This document shows positions 48,191-59,074 of a DNA stretch of 64,000 bases, one piece after another. The stretch is from the NCBI GenBank assembly GCA_005222975.1, contig NJBI01000003.1:1-64000 (forward strand). Reading direction: 5' to 3'. Source of the stretch: Promethearchaeota archaeon Loki_b31 (lineage in GTDB: Archaea > Asgardarchaeota > Lokiarchaeia > Sigyniarchaeales > SOKP01). A program made the position numbers and the translations under genes. How positions within the stretch are numbered: position 1 is the stretch's first letter; every line of letters begins with the position of its first letter. Under the pieces are notes generated by a model. It was not told the DNA's origin, made no database searches, and was given only the letters and a program-made list of their open reading frames with translations.

Positions 48191-48946
48191 ATGTCTAATT
48201 TAAATCTAACACTTTCATTAACACTAAATCATCCAAGCGTACAAAGAGTTATAGAGATCGCAAAAGAGGTAATAAATAATAAAAAAGTGTTAGATACAGA
48301 ATTACTTTATACTTTTGCTAAAAGACAGTTAAAACTTCCCAGAAAAGGGCTCCTAAGCATCATACAATTACTTATTAATAAAAAAGTGTTAGTTGAGGGT
48401 TCAAAATATACTAGAGATGAGGTTCTTAATAATAAGTATAGGTTTAATCTTTATAGATTTTTGACCTCCTATTTAGGAGCTCATTTCTCAACAATAAGAA
48501 AACAAATCATAACAGATAATAGTGGCAACTTGGGAAGTTCCGGCCAGTTGATATGGCATTTGGAAATGCTTATCAAATTCAATTATATTAAAAAGATAAA
48601 AGTTAAAAATTATACTGTTTTTCTTCCGTATGAGATTGATGACGAAATCGGTTTACTTCATTTTGTTTTACGAGATGAAATATACCTAAAAATTATTCAA
48701 TTACTAATAAACAATGAAAAACTTAAAAGAAGTGAAGTCCATAAATTGGTAAATGAAAAAAGAGAGACAGTTTACTATCGAATTAATAACCTTATCGAAT
48801 TTAATATTATTAAATTAAGTGGAGATAAAAATTCTCTCATTCTTAATTCCCGTATGAAAGATGATATAATCTCAATAATAAAGACATTTTCGCAAAATAA
48901 ATCCCAAACTAAAAAATTAAATTTCAATAACGAGAAACGAGGTTAA
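48191..48946 (+). CDS. Multi-winged-helix transcriptional regulator
   Basis: GAHFSTIRK...GQLIWHLEML and RSEVHKLVNEKRETVYYRINNL. Confidence 0.78.
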   Translation: MSNLNLTLSLTLNHPSVQRVIEIAKEVINNKKVLDTELLYTFAKRQLKLPRKGLLSIIQLLINKKVLVEGSKYTRDEVLNNKYRFNLYRFLTSYLGAHFSTIRKQIITDNSGNLGSSGQLIWHLEMLIKFNYIKKIKVKNYTVFLPYEIDDEIGLLHFVLRDEIYLKIIQLLINNEKLKRSEVHKLVNEKRETVYYRINNLIEFNIIKLSGDKNSLILNSRMKDDIISIIKTFSQNKSQTKKLNFNNEKRG

Positions 48947-48953
48947 AAATTAA

Positions 48954-50243
48954 ATGACATTGAATTTGACACCTGAGGTTATTGTAGATTTTATCGTAGC
49001 TATTAGTGGATTTGTATTAACTATAACAACTTACATTAAACCAAAAACTAAAAAGATTACCTCATTAAATTACATAAGGTTATCAATCTTCAGTTTTAGC
49101 GTCTTTATTTTTTTAGATGGATTATCTCTCCTCTATATAAGCAAGCTTTTGAGTATCATATCTGGTTTTATTTTAGTCCCATTAACCTTGTCATTAGTAA
49201 TCGGGATAACATATATTATAAAAGAAAATTTTTACTCACCTGGATTTGTAATAGTAATCGGATTGAGTGTTTTATTAATATACCTTGGTTTTCAGCCAAA
49301 TGCCGTCGATATCCAGATACAAGGAGGATATATACGACTACCTTGGACTGGTCTATTTAATGATATTGGAATGATACTTACTGCTATAAGTGAAGTGTAT
49401 ATGCTTTATTGGGGTATAAAAACTCTTAAGAATGCTCCATTTTTGATTAAAAAAGAGGCTTATTTGTTCTTCCTTGGAATTTTCTTTGCTTCGGTTGTAG
49501 CAATGTTTTTTTACGTATTATATTTAATTGACCCTTTTTATATTCTAATTTCTAATTTTGCTTTATTGATTGGTCTCCTAATCGTAACTTTATCGGCAAT
49601 GATTGAACCCAAATTGCTTTATATTTTACCCTTTACAGTTTATAGGATTGTGGTGAAAGATCGCGAGGGATATCCTTTATTTGATCATGATTGGTCGAAA
49701 TCAGAAATAAGTGAAAATATCTTCACTGGATTTATTAATGCCATACAGTTGATGAGTGAAGAAATTATGAATATGGGAGGCTTACTTGATATCCAACTAG
49801 ATGATGGGATTCTAATTTTACACGAATCTGAGAATATTACTGTTGGATTAATAACCTCGAAATCATCAAAGCTACTCAGATATTCTGTAACCAATTTTAC
49901 ATGTGATTTTGAAAATAAATTTGAAAAAATCCTTAAGGAAGGAAATAAAGATATGAGAGAATATGAAAGCGCTCATGAATTAATTGAGAAGTACTTTTCC
50001 AATTTCCCTTCCAGAATAATTTCTCATAAGAGAAAACCTTTACTTTTAACTGAAAGATTATTAAAACTCCCTTTAACATTAGATACAGACCTTAAAAAAA
50101 TTTTCAAAGATGAAGAAGAGTTTAATTTCATCAAATCTGAAATATATCGCACTCCAGAAAGTACCGCAGCAGGCTTTATCTCATTATATAAAGAATTAAA
50201 AAATGAACTAGATGATATAGAAAATGAATATGAAAAAAGCTAA
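48954..50243 (+). CDS. About 7-TM membrane protein with a cytoplasmic longin-like domain
   Basis: Seven hydrophobic segments, then YRIVVKDREGYPLFDHDW...IFTGFINAIQLMSEE...FTCDFENKF. Confidence 0.75.
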   Translation: MTLNLTPEVIVDFIVAISGFVLTITTYIKPKTKKITSLNYIRLSIFSFSVFIFLDGLSLLYISKLLSIISGFILVPLTLSLVIGITYIIKENFYSPGFVIVIGLSVLLIYLGFQPNAVDIQIQGGYIRLPWTGLFNDIGMILTAISEVYMLYWGIKTLKNAPFLIKKEAYLFFLGIFFASVVAMFFYVLYLIDPFYILISNFALLIGLLIVTLSAMIEPKLLYILPFTVYRIVVKDREGYPLFDHDWSKSEISENIFTGFINAIQLMSEEIMNMGGLLDIQLDDGILILHESENITVGLITSKSSKLLRYSVTNFTCDFENKFEKILKEGNKDMREYESAHELIEKYFSNFPSRIISHKRKPLLLTERLLKLPLTLDTDLKKIFKDEEEFNFIKSEIYRTPESTAAGFISLYKELKNELDDIENEYEKS

Positions 50244-50419
50244 AATATGGGAAAACGATAAATTTCTTTTTTACATTACCATATAAACATAAACATTTAT
50301 CATGATATTATCAAAAAGAGAAATCTTTAAAATAAGTAAAATTGATTAGTATTAATCAAAATTTTATATAAAGAATTTACATATTAAAAATATCTAACAA
50401 TCTAATTTTAGTAGTTTTT

Positions 50420-51841
50420 ATGGTTGAAAATGATGAAACTGAAACTTCAAGACATTCTATATGGACCTTTCTATCTTTTGGCTCGTACCAGATTACTTGG
50501 ACGATCCCAACTGCAACAATGAGTCTCTTCATGTTCTATTATTATCATACTATAGTTGGTCTTGATCCTCTCTTGATCTTGTTTGTCACTGTCATAAATA
50601 CTGTGTGGGCTTCTCTTAACGATCCCTTAATTGGCTATTTGACTGATCGCAATTTTAAATGGACACAAAAATGGGGAAGGCGCTTTCCTTGGATAATGCT
50701 TGCATTTATACCACAGTCTTTATCTCTCATATTAATATTTTCTGCTCCAGAGCTCGATCCAGCAAATCCTTGGCCAGTTGTATTATGGCTTCTGTTTTCA
50801 CTAGTTTTGTTTGATTTATTTATCACACTTGTAGACATTCACGCTGCTATACTTCGTGCTGATAAATTTCGAACAGAAAAAGAAAGAAGAAAATATTCAG
50901 GATTTTTTGGTGCGTTTGATATGATTGCACAAGTTCTTGGAATGATGCTTCCACCACTTCTGTTGTTTTTTGGAGACACAAGAATGTCGTATACCGTCAT
51001 GGCAGTAGCAATCGGTTTTATTGGAATTATTTTTGGCGTGTTATTTATCCCTGGAGCACGTGAGGATAAGATCATTATAGATCGATATTATTCTAGGGAA
51101 TACGAACGACTGCATATATTTAAGGGTGTAATGATAGTATTAAAACAAAAAAGTTTTATGGCTTTCTATGCAGCGTATGTTGCTTTTCTTTGTGCTACAA
51201 CGATAATGACTGGAATGGTAGCGTATATGACAACATTTATTTTGCAAGAAAGTGAGGATTTTATGACAATCTTTTTCGCAATATTTCTCTTAGGTGCATT
51301 GATTTCAGTTCCGATCTGGCTCAAAATTCTTAAAAAAGTTAATAATAATAAGAAAGTTTATCTAATCGGAAGCTTCTTATTATGTGCTCTTATCGTACCT
51401 CTCGCCTTTTTTCAAGGACCAATTGATTTGGCAATAATAATGTTTTTGGTGGGTTTTGGCACAGGATGTGTGTGGTCTATTGGAATTCCAGTAATGTTAG
51501 CGAACGCACAGGATGATTATGTAGTACGTACTGGGAAAAATCAGAAGGGATTACTTATAGGAACATGGGCAGTGTTAGGACTTATTACGGCTTTTATCGA
51601 TGAACTACTTATAGCTGCTGTTTTTACACTTACTGGATTTGTTCCAGGAATCTCAGATTATGCAGAATTAGTTGCAACTGTTGCAAATGTAGATATGGTC
51701 CTTTTCGGGATTCGTCTCCTTCTAGGAATTATCCCTATGTTGGTCCTGTTAGTGGGTACTTTGATCTTTTGGAAATATTATCCTCTCACCCAAGAAAAAA
51801 TACTAGAAAACAAAGCTAAGCTAAAAGAACTTGGCTTTTAA
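50420..51841 (+). CDS. MFS transporter, GPH (MelB-like) family
   Basis: NDPLIGYLTDR...WGRRFPW, DD..VRTGKNQKG, YPLT. Confidence 0.9.
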   Translation: MVENDETETSRHSIWTFLSFGSYQITWTIPTATMSLFMFYYYHTIVGLDPLLILFVTVINTVWASLNDPLIGYLTDRNFKWTQKWGRRFPWIMLAFIPQSLSLILIFSAPELDPANPWPVVLWLLFSLVLFDLFITLVDIHAAILRADKFRTEKERRKYSGFFGAFDMIAQVLGMMLPPLLLFFGDTRMSYTVMAVAIGFIGIIFGVLFIPGAREDKIIIDRYYSREYERLHIFKGVMIVLKQKSFMAFYAAYVAFLCATTIMTGMVAYMTTFILQESEDFMTIFFAIFLLGALISVPIWLKILKKVNNNKKVYLIGSFLLCALIVPLAFFQGPIDLAIIMFLVGFGTGCVWSIGIPVMLANAQDDYVVRTGKNQKGLLIGTWAVLGLITAFIDELLIAAVFTLTGFVPGISDYAELVATVANVDMVLFGIRLLLGIIPMLVLLVGTLIFWKYYPLTQEKILENKAKLKELGF

Positions 51842-51958
51842 ATAATCCTCTTTTTTTTATTTAAGATTTAGTTTAGAAATATTATTATATTTTTAATCGA
51901 TATGTTCCATATTTTTAAGAAAAATTTTTTATATCCTTAAGATTAACCTTTAATTACT

Positions 51959-53119
51959 ATGGTTGGTAATTATGAAAAAATAGCAAAAAAAATGGGAGTT
52001 CCTTGGTCAGAAGAAATGGAGAAGATTTTAAAGGCTCTGTATTCCCCTGAGGAAACTGAGATTCTCCTCGTCTTCAACGGACCTTACTTGGATCGTTTTG
52101 ATGCAAAAAAAATAGCGAAAAAACTCAAGCGCTCAATTGATGAGATTGAACCCACATTAAAGGAAATGGCGCGTACTCAAAGGCTCTTTTCTGCTTCAAG
52201 AGGGGATGAAACAACTTATTCAATGTTTCCACTACTTCCAGGGCTTTTTGAACTTTATTTCTCTAACTATGAAAGAGCTATGAGAGAAGAAAAAGAAGTC
52301 TTAGAATTATTCACTGAAGAATATGAGAAATATTATAATCAAGGTCATGTTGTAAACACGGTGAGTTCCTCATATCCTTTCATGAGAGTGTTTGTTGACG
52401 AGAAAGTCATTAAGGATACTATTGAGAGAGGAAAAGGAACTAGTATTGAAGTTGAACAGGAAGTAGAACAATACAAAAATAAAATATTACATTTCGAACA
52501 AGTTAAAAATTTAGTTGAGAAGGCTCGTAGGATCTCTGTTATGGATTGTGCTTGCAGAACTCACATGAAACTACATAATGAGGGTGTTCCCGTAAATGAT
52601 TATCCCATCAATGTATGCATGAGCTTTAATGTGTTTGCAGATTATTGTATAGAAAATGGATTTGGAAGAGAGCTGTCAAAAGAGGAAACTCTTAAAACTC
52701 TGACTGAAGCAGCTAAAGCAGGTTTAGTTCATACCACTCAAAATATGACAGAAAAGATGACATTTATATGCAACTGTGATCGGGATTGTTGTGTAATGCT
52801 ACGAGGAATTCGCCAATTTAACGATCCAAATGTAGTCGCAACATCAAATTTTATACCCGAATATGATAGAGATAATTGTATTTTTTGTTTAAAATGTATA
52901 GAACTCTGTCCCATGAATATTATTGAATTGGTTGATGATGGGAGCGAAGATCAAAGAATTTCAATTAATCTCGATAGATGCATCGGTTGTGGAGTTTGTG
53001 CTTTTAACTGCCCTGAAGAAGCATTAACAATGGTCAAAAAGTATGATAAAATTCCAGTTGAAAACGCGATGTTGATGATGACAAAATCTATTGAGGGTAG
53101 GAAGAATAAAAGTCTTTAG
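51959..53119 (+). CDS. 4Fe-4S binding protein with an N-terminal HTH-like region
   Basis: CACR, AGLVH...ICNCDRDCC, two CxxCxxCxxxCP motifs. Confidence 0.85.
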   Translation: MVGNYEKIAKKMGVPWSEEMEKILKALYSPEETEILLVFNGPYLDRFDAKKIAKKLKRSIDEIEPTLKEMARTQRLFSASRGDETTYSMFPLLPGLFELYFSNYERAMREEKEVLELFTEEYEKYYNQGHVVNTVSSSYPFMRVFVDEKVIKDTIERGKGTSIEVEQEVEQYKNKILHFEQVKNLVEKARRISVMDCACRTHMKLHNEGVPVNDYPINVCMSFNVFADYCIENGFGRELSKEETLKTLTEAAKAGLVHTTQNMTEKMTFICNCDRDCCVMLRGIRQFNDPNVVATSNFIPEYDRDNCIFCLKCIELCPMNIIELVDDGSEDQRISINLDRCIGCGVCAFNCPEEALTMVKKYDKIPVENAMLMMTKSIEGRKNKSL

Positions 53120-53222
53120 GATAATTTGAATTCTAAAATTGATTAAATTACCTCCTTTTTCTTATAGTTTTGGGTACATTTTTTACACAATACAATGGTT
53201 CAAGAAATAGAATAGTTTTTGT

Positions 53223-54350
53223 TTAAATTGGATATTTTCCATATTTTTTCGTTGCGGAAATCATCGTAAGGACGTTTTCAAGTTTACAAGAATTCGTTAT
53301 GTCTGTGCAAGGGCTCAAAATATAACCCCCACCTTCGCCAGCGTCCCGAATGCACTTTTTCACAGCGCTTACAACTTCGTCTTTTGTGCCATAGGGTAAA
53401 AGTTGAGAAACATCAATATTTCCGATCAAACATAGTTTATCTCCATATTTCTCCTTCAGGAACTTCAAATCCATACCTGCCATCGGCTCCAGAGATTGTA
53501 CGCCGTTGAATCCTGCCTCAATCAGCCCTTCAAAATAGGGTTCAGTGAATCCATCAGAGTGAAAGCACACGTATTTACCCGCTTTCCTTAAAACTTGGAT
53601 GGCTTGCTTATAGGCGGGAATTATGAATTCTCGATGGTATTTTGGGTTTATCATAGTAGTGTTCTTTAAAGCAGAATCATCACATATAAAGAAAATGTCC
53701 AAATCCGTTTCTACGTTTAATTTTGCAGCTGTAATTAGTTTTTTAGCCCTTAGCTCGATATAATGTTTAATTTTACTTTTGTTTTTCCGTATCAACTTAA
53801 TTAACAGTCCTAACCCCAAACCCTCCCAAAGAGGCTCTAAAATTGGGTCAAGATGGCAACATGGTACAAATTCATCGGTTGGGAATTTTTTAAGTCGTTT
53901 ATTAATGTTTCTCGCGAAATCTGGAGCTTCTTCCCATTCAATAGCGAAATATGTATCGTGAAAATAATCTGCTTTTTCTTCAGTATCTATATAATTTCCT
54001 AAATAATAAGCGCCCCCCATATCCATATCTCTTTGTTTTAAATAGATTCTACCGTTAATATCAAGATATTTATTATCATCTGGTAATTTCGGTAAAGGAT
54101 GTTCTTGCATGTGTTTCTGGGGAATGAATGTTGGAAACGAATCGAAGTCCCATGACATATCAAAACCAAGCTTATACTCTAAATTATAATCTCTATAAGA
54201 TAGCTTATACTTCCTCTCTTTGGTGTACGAATCCCCCCAATAATTCAGAAGTTCTCGTTGAAATCCTGGCATGATAATCTGGCAAAACAACGGTATGCGA
54301 TCGGGTTCCTCGTGATTAAACGCCTGTATTACTCTTTTCCGAGCACTCAT
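53223..54350 (-). CDS. UroD/MtaA-like family protein
   Basis: EEPDRIP, CDD, FHSDG, GNID, GGGYILS. Confidence 0.85.
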   Translation of the reverse strand: MSARKRVIQAFNHEEPDRIPLFCQIIMPGFQRELLNYWGDSYTKERKYKLSYRDYNLEYKLGFDMSWDFDSFPTFIPQKHMQEHPLPKLPDDNKYLDINGRIYLKQRDMDMGGAYYLGNYIDTEEKADYFHDTYFAIEWEEAPDFARNINKRLKKFPTDEFVPCCHLDPILEPLWEGLGLGLLIKLIRKNKSKIKHYIELRAKKLITAAKLNVETDLDIFFICDDSALKNTTMINPKYHREFIIPAYKQAIQVLRKAGKYVCFHSDGFTEPYFEGLIEAGFNGVQSLEPMAGMDLKFLKEKYGDKLCLIGNIDVSQLLPYGTKDEVVSAVKKCIRDAGEGGGYILSPCTDITNSCKLENVLTMISATKKYGKYPI

Positions 54351-54447
54351 ATTTTCACATTCTCGCAAATTCAATTATTGTATAAGATAAAAAGAAAAGA
54401 AATAATCCGAAAATAAATTTATCTATTTTCAAATTCTAATAAATTAC

Positions 54448-55218
54448 ATGGCAATATTAATTGAAAAAAATTATCCGGTATTTACCATTGTTATTAATAA
54501 TCCCGAAGTTAAGAACGCAGTAGATGGTCCTACAGCTCAAGAATTAAGTGTTGCATTTAGAAAATTCGAAAACGATAAAGAAGCTTTAGTTGCTGTATTA
54601 TGGGGCTCTAATGGAACGTTTTGTTCAGGTGCAAATCTGAAGGCTATTGCTGAAGGGCGAGGAAATAAAATAGAAAAAGAAGGAGATGGTCCGATGGGTC
54701 CAACGCGGATGTTTTTATCAAAGCCAGTTATTGCAGCTATAGCAGGTTATGCTGTTGCAGGAGGATTAGAACTTGCCTTATGGTGTGATATGCGTGTTGT
54801 TGAGAAGGATGCGATTTTTGGAGTATTTTGTCGCAGATTTGGTGTACCTCTTATAGATGGTGGTACTGTGAGATTACCAAGACTTATTGGATTAAGTCGA
54901 GCTATGGATATGATTCTTACTGGACGCCCTGTGAATGCTGAAGAAGCACTCGCGTGTGGGCTTGCTAATCGAGTAGTTGATATAGGTCGATCGAGAATAG
55001 AAGCAGAGAAATTAGCAAGAGAAATTGCGGCTTTTCCAAAAACTTGCATGAGAAATGATCGCTTCTCCGCTTATGAACAATTTGGATTAGATATTAAAGA
55101 TGCGATGGTAAACGAATTTGAATACGGTTTAAAAACCTTAGAAAGCGGAGAATACATAGAGGGGAGTCAAGATTTTGCTAAAGGTAAAGGTAAGCATGGT
55201 AATTTTAAGAAGATATAA
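54448..55218 (+). CDS. Enoyl-CoA hydratase/isomerase
   Basis: FCSGANL, GYAVAGGLELA, RRFGVPLIDGGT. Confidence 0.92.
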   Translation: MAILIEKNYPVFTIVINNPEVKNAVDGPTAQELSVAFRKFENDKEALVAVLWGSNGTFCSGANLKAIAEGRGNKIEKEGDGPMGPTRMFLSKPVIAAIAGYAVAGGLELALWCDMRVVEKDAIFGVFCRRFGVPLIDGGTVRLPRLIGLSRAMDMILTGRPVNAEEALACGLANRVVDIGRSRIEAEKLAREIAAFPKTCMRNDRFSAYEQFGLDIKDAMVNEFEYGLKTLESGEYIEGSQDFAKGKGKHGNFKKI

Positions 55219-55253
55219 AATAATATGATATTGTGATTAGATATGGTGATTAG

Positions 55254-55676
55254 ATGATTATGTTTGAAGAATTTAGAGTAAAAACCCCAGAAAGAGAAGT
55301 TTTACTAGAAATTACAAATGAAATTAGAAAGATTGTAAGGAATTCGGGCATAAATAAAGGTGTCTGCCGCGTATTTGTACCTCATACTACTGCGGGAATA
55401 ACTATTAATGAGAACGCAGATCCCTCTGTTATGAAAGATATTTCTAATTATTTGAACAAATTGATACCAAAAGGCGGAAGTTTAGGATATTCTTTTAGAC
55501 ATATGGAGGGTAATTCAGATGCGCATATTAAATGCTCTTTAACAGGACACTCGTTAGAATTGTTGATTCATGAGGGTAGATTAATGCTTGGAACTTGGCA
55601 AGGAGTGATGTTTGCAGAATATGACGGTCCGCGAAACAGGAAAGTCTTAGTCCAAATTCAAGGAGAATTTAATTAA
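55254..55676 (+). CDS. yjbQ: YjbQ/UPF0047 family protein
   Basis: PHTTAGITINENADP, NSDAHIK, LGTWQ, DGPRNR. Confidence 0.92.
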   Translation: MIMFEEFRVKTPEREVLLEITNEIRKIVRNSGINKGVCRVFVPHTTAGITINENADPSVMKDISNYLNKLIPKGGSLGYSFRHMEGNSDAHIKCSLTGHSLELLIHEGRLMLGTWQGVMFAEYDGPRNRKVLVQIQGEFN

Positions 55677-55698
55677 AATAATATCAATAAATTATACT

Positions 55699-56937
55699 TT
55701 ATTTCTTTACTAATTTCAAAGTTATAAAGAATGTAATAACTAATAAACCATTAATTAAGTGAAAGGGTAAAAATGTATCGATTTCCCCTAAAAAACTAAT
55801 AATAATTGGTCCAATTGCGCTACACAAAAATCCTATAGCGTTGTTAAATCCGATGCCTGTACCTTTTAAATCCGGATCAATTTTTTCTATAATATTTAAT
55901 AGTAATGTGTTTCCCGCTGGTTCGTACAACGCTAACCCTATCCCAACTAATGTCGTAATAATTAAAAACACAATCAGATTAAAAACAATACTAGTCAAGA
56001 ACGAAAGAGAAAAAATGATAACAATTATCCGCCCCACCAACATCATTTTTCTTGGGCTATGACGATCTGTTAATCTACCAGAGATAACCACAAAAGTTAT
56101 GTAAGCCGCTACGATAAGAATTAAAACATAGCTCGTTTGAATTTCGTCCAAAATAAATTGGACTTGTAAGACCCAAATTAAATATGCCATAATTCCTCCA
56201 AATATAAACCACCTTACGCTATTTAAAAATATATTAATTATAAAGTGCCTTTCTTGTAATAAGATTTTTACATTTGCTAAATTTAGCGACATTTTATTCT
56301 CATTTTTGGGACTTTCTAAATCGGTTTTCACTTTTTTGTTTCCCTTTTCTTTCAAGAAAATAATCATAACTACCCCCGATATTATTGTTAAAATGCCCGA
56401 AATAGAAAATATATTCCTAAACCCGAAATATGAAGAGATGTATCCCCCGATAACGATGCCTCCAAAAGTACCTAAGGACATCGATAACGCGTATAACCCC
56501 ATTCCTTTTCCGTGCTCTTCTTTCTCGTAAATATCACCAATAATTGCTTGTAAAATGGATGTATAAGCTCCTGCCCCTTGAATTGCTCTAAAGATTATAA
56601 GTTGAACAATGTCCTGAGCGATAAAACATAAAAAAGTTCCAATTATGTATATAATCAATCCGATAAATACAACTAATCTTCTACCATACTTATCAGAGGC
56701 ATCAGCGAATGGAAATTGAAACAGTGCTTGCGTTACAGCAAAAATCCCTATTACGATTCCATAAGCGGTAAGTGTTCCAGAGAGGTCTATAATAAAAGAT
56801 GGTAACCCAATATTAACCACGCTTATTCCTAAATTTCTAAAAAATACTCCCATTAAGACAACAAAAAGTAAAATTTTTACGTGCTTTCCAAAATTGCTCT
56901 TTGAACGCTTTAAATTATCCTCAGTTTTAATCCCCAT
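55699..56937 (-). CDS. MFS transporter
   Basis: SDKYGRR, RAIQGAG. About 12 TM. Confidence 0.9.
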   Translation of the reverse strand: MGIKTEDNLKRSKSNFGKHVKILLFVVLMGVFFRNLGISVVNIGLPSFIIDLSGTLTAYGIVIGIFAVTQALFQFPFADASDKYGRRLVVFIGLIIYIIGTFLCFIAQDIVQLIIFRAIQGAGAYTSILQAIIGDIYEKEEHGKGMGLYALSMSLGTFGGIVIGGYISSYFGFRNIFSISGILTIISGVVMIIFLKEKGNKKVKTDLESPKNENKMSLNLANVKILLQERHFIINIFLNSVRWFIFGGIMAYLIWVLQVQFILDEIQTSYVLILIVAAYITFVVISGRLTDRHSPRKMMLVGRIIVIIFSLSFLTSIVFNLIVFLIITTLVGIGLALYEPAGNTLLLNIIEKIDPDLKGTGIGFNNAIGFLCSAIGPIIISFLGEIDTFLPFHLINGLLVITFFITLKLVKK

Positions 56938-57047
56938 TTATTTTAGAAATTAAGAAATAAATTTAAAGTTATTTTTCGCAATATTTTAAACTTTTAATAC
57001 TCATATTTACATAATCTTAGTTATTATTTTGGAAAAAAGGGATAATA

Positions 57048-58229
57048 ATGGAGTTTGGATTTAATTCTTTATCAAATTTAGCCCAGATTAGGAAAGATGT
57101 GAAGAGAAAAAGAATTTCTAGTTACGATAAAACAGGGGCAAATGCTGATTTCTTTACATTCAAAGGCAATGAAATAAGGGAAATTTGTAACATAGAAGGC
57201 GCTGGAATGATAAAACACATCTGGATGACGATTGCCTCGGGAGATCCTTATTACTTGAGAAAAACAGTTATTAGAATGTGGTGGGATAACGAAGAGCACC
57301 CTTCAGTAGAGTGCCCAATAGGAGACTTTTTTGGGGTAGGCCACGCAAAGACCGCAAATTTTTGGAGTCTGCCGCTTTCTATGGGGCCAGAGGACGGAAA
57401 AGGATTTAATTGTTTTTTCCCAATGCCGTTTTCAAAACGCGCTCGAATAGAAATTGAAAATGAAAGCGATATCGCCTTGGTAGTTTATTTTTATGTTGAT
57501 TACGAAGAATATCACTCGTTAGACTCTACTTATGGTAGATTTCACGTTTTTTGGAATCGCGTAAATCCATGTGAAGGAAGCGATTATGTCAAAAAGAAGA
57601 AAGTGGAATTCAATTTTAAAAAGAATCCAACACACGAGAAAGATTATTTTGTCATGGACGCTGAAGGTGAAGGCCATTTCGTTGGATTTCATTTAGATAT
57701 TCATAATTTATATGAAACTGAGAAGCACAATTGGCCTGGAGAAGGAGACGATTACATAGAGATCGATGACGGTGAAATTATTCTTTATGGAACTGGCACT
57801 GAAGATTATTTTTGCACATCGTGGTGCCCAACTCAATACTATTGCTCACCCTACTTTGGAATTCCATTGCCGGGAGGTAAAAATTGGAGCGGAAAAATAT
57901 CCTATTATAGGTATCACATTGAAGATCCAATATATTTTCACAAAAATATTAAAGTAAAGATAGAGCACGGTCACGCGAATCAAAGGTCAGACGATTGGTC
58001 TTCAACAGCTTACTGGTATCAAGCAGAGCCACATCAGAAATTTAAATCTTTTCCGGTAGTTAACGATAGATTACCTAGAGAAGAACCTAAAGAGATAATA
58101 AATAAAATTTTCACTACCGAAGAACTTCTAGAAATGCCAACCATTTCGCAAGGAACAGCTGAAAGCATAGAAAAGGATATTGAAGAAGAAATGAAAATAC
58201 AAGAGAAATTGACAAATGAAGAACATTAA
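57048..58229 (+). CDS. DUF2961 / glycoside hydrolase family 172 protein
   Basis: SSYD.TGANAD, PIGDFFG, WPGEGD, GTGTEDYF, IEHGHAN, STAYWYQ. Confidence 0.9.
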   Translation: MEFGFNSLSNLAQIRKDVKRKRISSYDKTGANADFFTFKGNEIREICNIEGAGMIKHIWMTIASGDPYYLRKTVIRMWWDNEEHPSVECPIGDFFGVGHAKTANFWSLPLSMGPEDGKGFNCFFPMPFSKRARIEIENESDIALVVYFYVDYEEYHSLDSTYGRFHVFWNRVNPCEGSDYVKKKKVEFNFKKNPTHEKDYFVMDAEGEGHFVGFHLDIHNLYETEKHNWPGEGDDYIEIDDGEIILYGTGTEDYFCTSWCPTQYYCSPYFGIPLPGGKNWSGKISYYRYHIEDPIYFHKNIKVKIEHGHANQRSDDWSSTAYWYQAEPHQKFKSFPVVNDRLPREEPKEIINKIFTTEELLEMPTISQGTAESIEKDIEEEMKIQEKLTNEEH

Positions 58230-58240
58230 GCCTTTAATAA

Positions 58241-58274
58241 TTACTCTAAAGAGATCGAACCTTAAAAATAAAAA
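58241..58274. repeat. 34-bp direct repeat, copy 1
   Basis: TTACTCTAAAGAGATCGAACCTTAAAAATAAAAA; 33/34 identical to 59075-59108. Confidence 0.9.
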
Positions 58275-58295
58275 TAAAATTTTTTTTTAAAAATT

Positions 58296-58364
58296 TTATA
58301 AACTCTTTAATTTAGTCAAATGTTCTTCGTGAAGTTCACTTAACTTTTTTTGTTGCTCTATGAA
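58296..58364 (-). pseudogene. Orphan diverged 3' end of the GPH transporter at 59128-60492
   Basis: FIEQQKKLSELHEEHLTKLKSL* versus FTEQQEKLKVLHEERLRKLK* (14/20 identical). Confidence 0.8.
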
Positions 58365-58472
58365 ATTTATATAAAACTATGGCGAGTCTAAGGATATACA
58401 AAAAAAGTAAAAATTTAAGAGAAAGATAAGAGTTTATAATAGTGAGAATTATTATATTAATGATGGTGAATT

Positions 58473-58685
58473 ATGAGTAGAAGCATGATTGAGAAAATTT
58501 TAACTCTGATAAAAGAACTTCCAGAAAATACCCATCCCGAGGATATGGATGAGGCAATGTACCAGCTTTTCGCAAAAAAAGAAATTCTTAAAGGTTTGGA
58601 AGACAGTAGAAAAGGAAATATTATTAGTATAGAAGAATTTAAGAAAAAAATGGCGAAAAAATGGCTGATAGAGAATGGACAATAG
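58473..58685 (+). CDS. Antitoxin (addiction-module type)
   Basis: LIKELPE...MYQLF...GLEDSRKGNIISIEE. Homologous to 11466-11660. Confidence 0.8.
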   Translation: MSRSMIEKILTLIKELPENTHPEDMDEAMYQLFAKKEILKGLEDSRKGNIISIEEFKKKMAKKWLIENGQ

Positions 58686-58978
58686 AATTGTCAAAAAGCG
58701 CAGAAGATAATATGGATCAAATTCTTTTACATATCTCACAAAAAATCTCACACCAACAAGTTCAAGCTTTTTTAAGAGGATTCTATGATACTTTAGAAGA
58801 TATTAAACGCTTCCCAAGAATGTATGCTAAACTATTGGATTTAGATAACCCCAATATTCGTCATTTTATTTATAATAAATACCGGATTGTCTATGAATTA
58901 ATTGAAACAGAAAGGGTAATTAGAATCTTAACAATCTTTCATTCACGACAACAATTAAGATTAAGCAATATCATCTAA
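58661..58978 (+). CDS. RelE/ParE family toxin
   Basis: LSKSAEDNM...FPRMY...IRHFIYNKYRIVYE...ILTIFHSRQ. Confidence 0.88.
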   Translation: MADREWTIELSKSAEDNMDQILLHISQKISHQQVQAFLRGFYDTLEDIKRFPRMYAKLLDLDNPNIRHFIYNKYRIVYELIETERVIRILTIFHSRQQLRLSNII

Positions 58979-59074
58979 TTTCTCATATAAATCGCTTTCT
59001 GCTTTTGGAGACCATTCTATTTTAATTAATGAAATATATTGGACTCGACAATGATTGATGTCCATTATCTAAAG

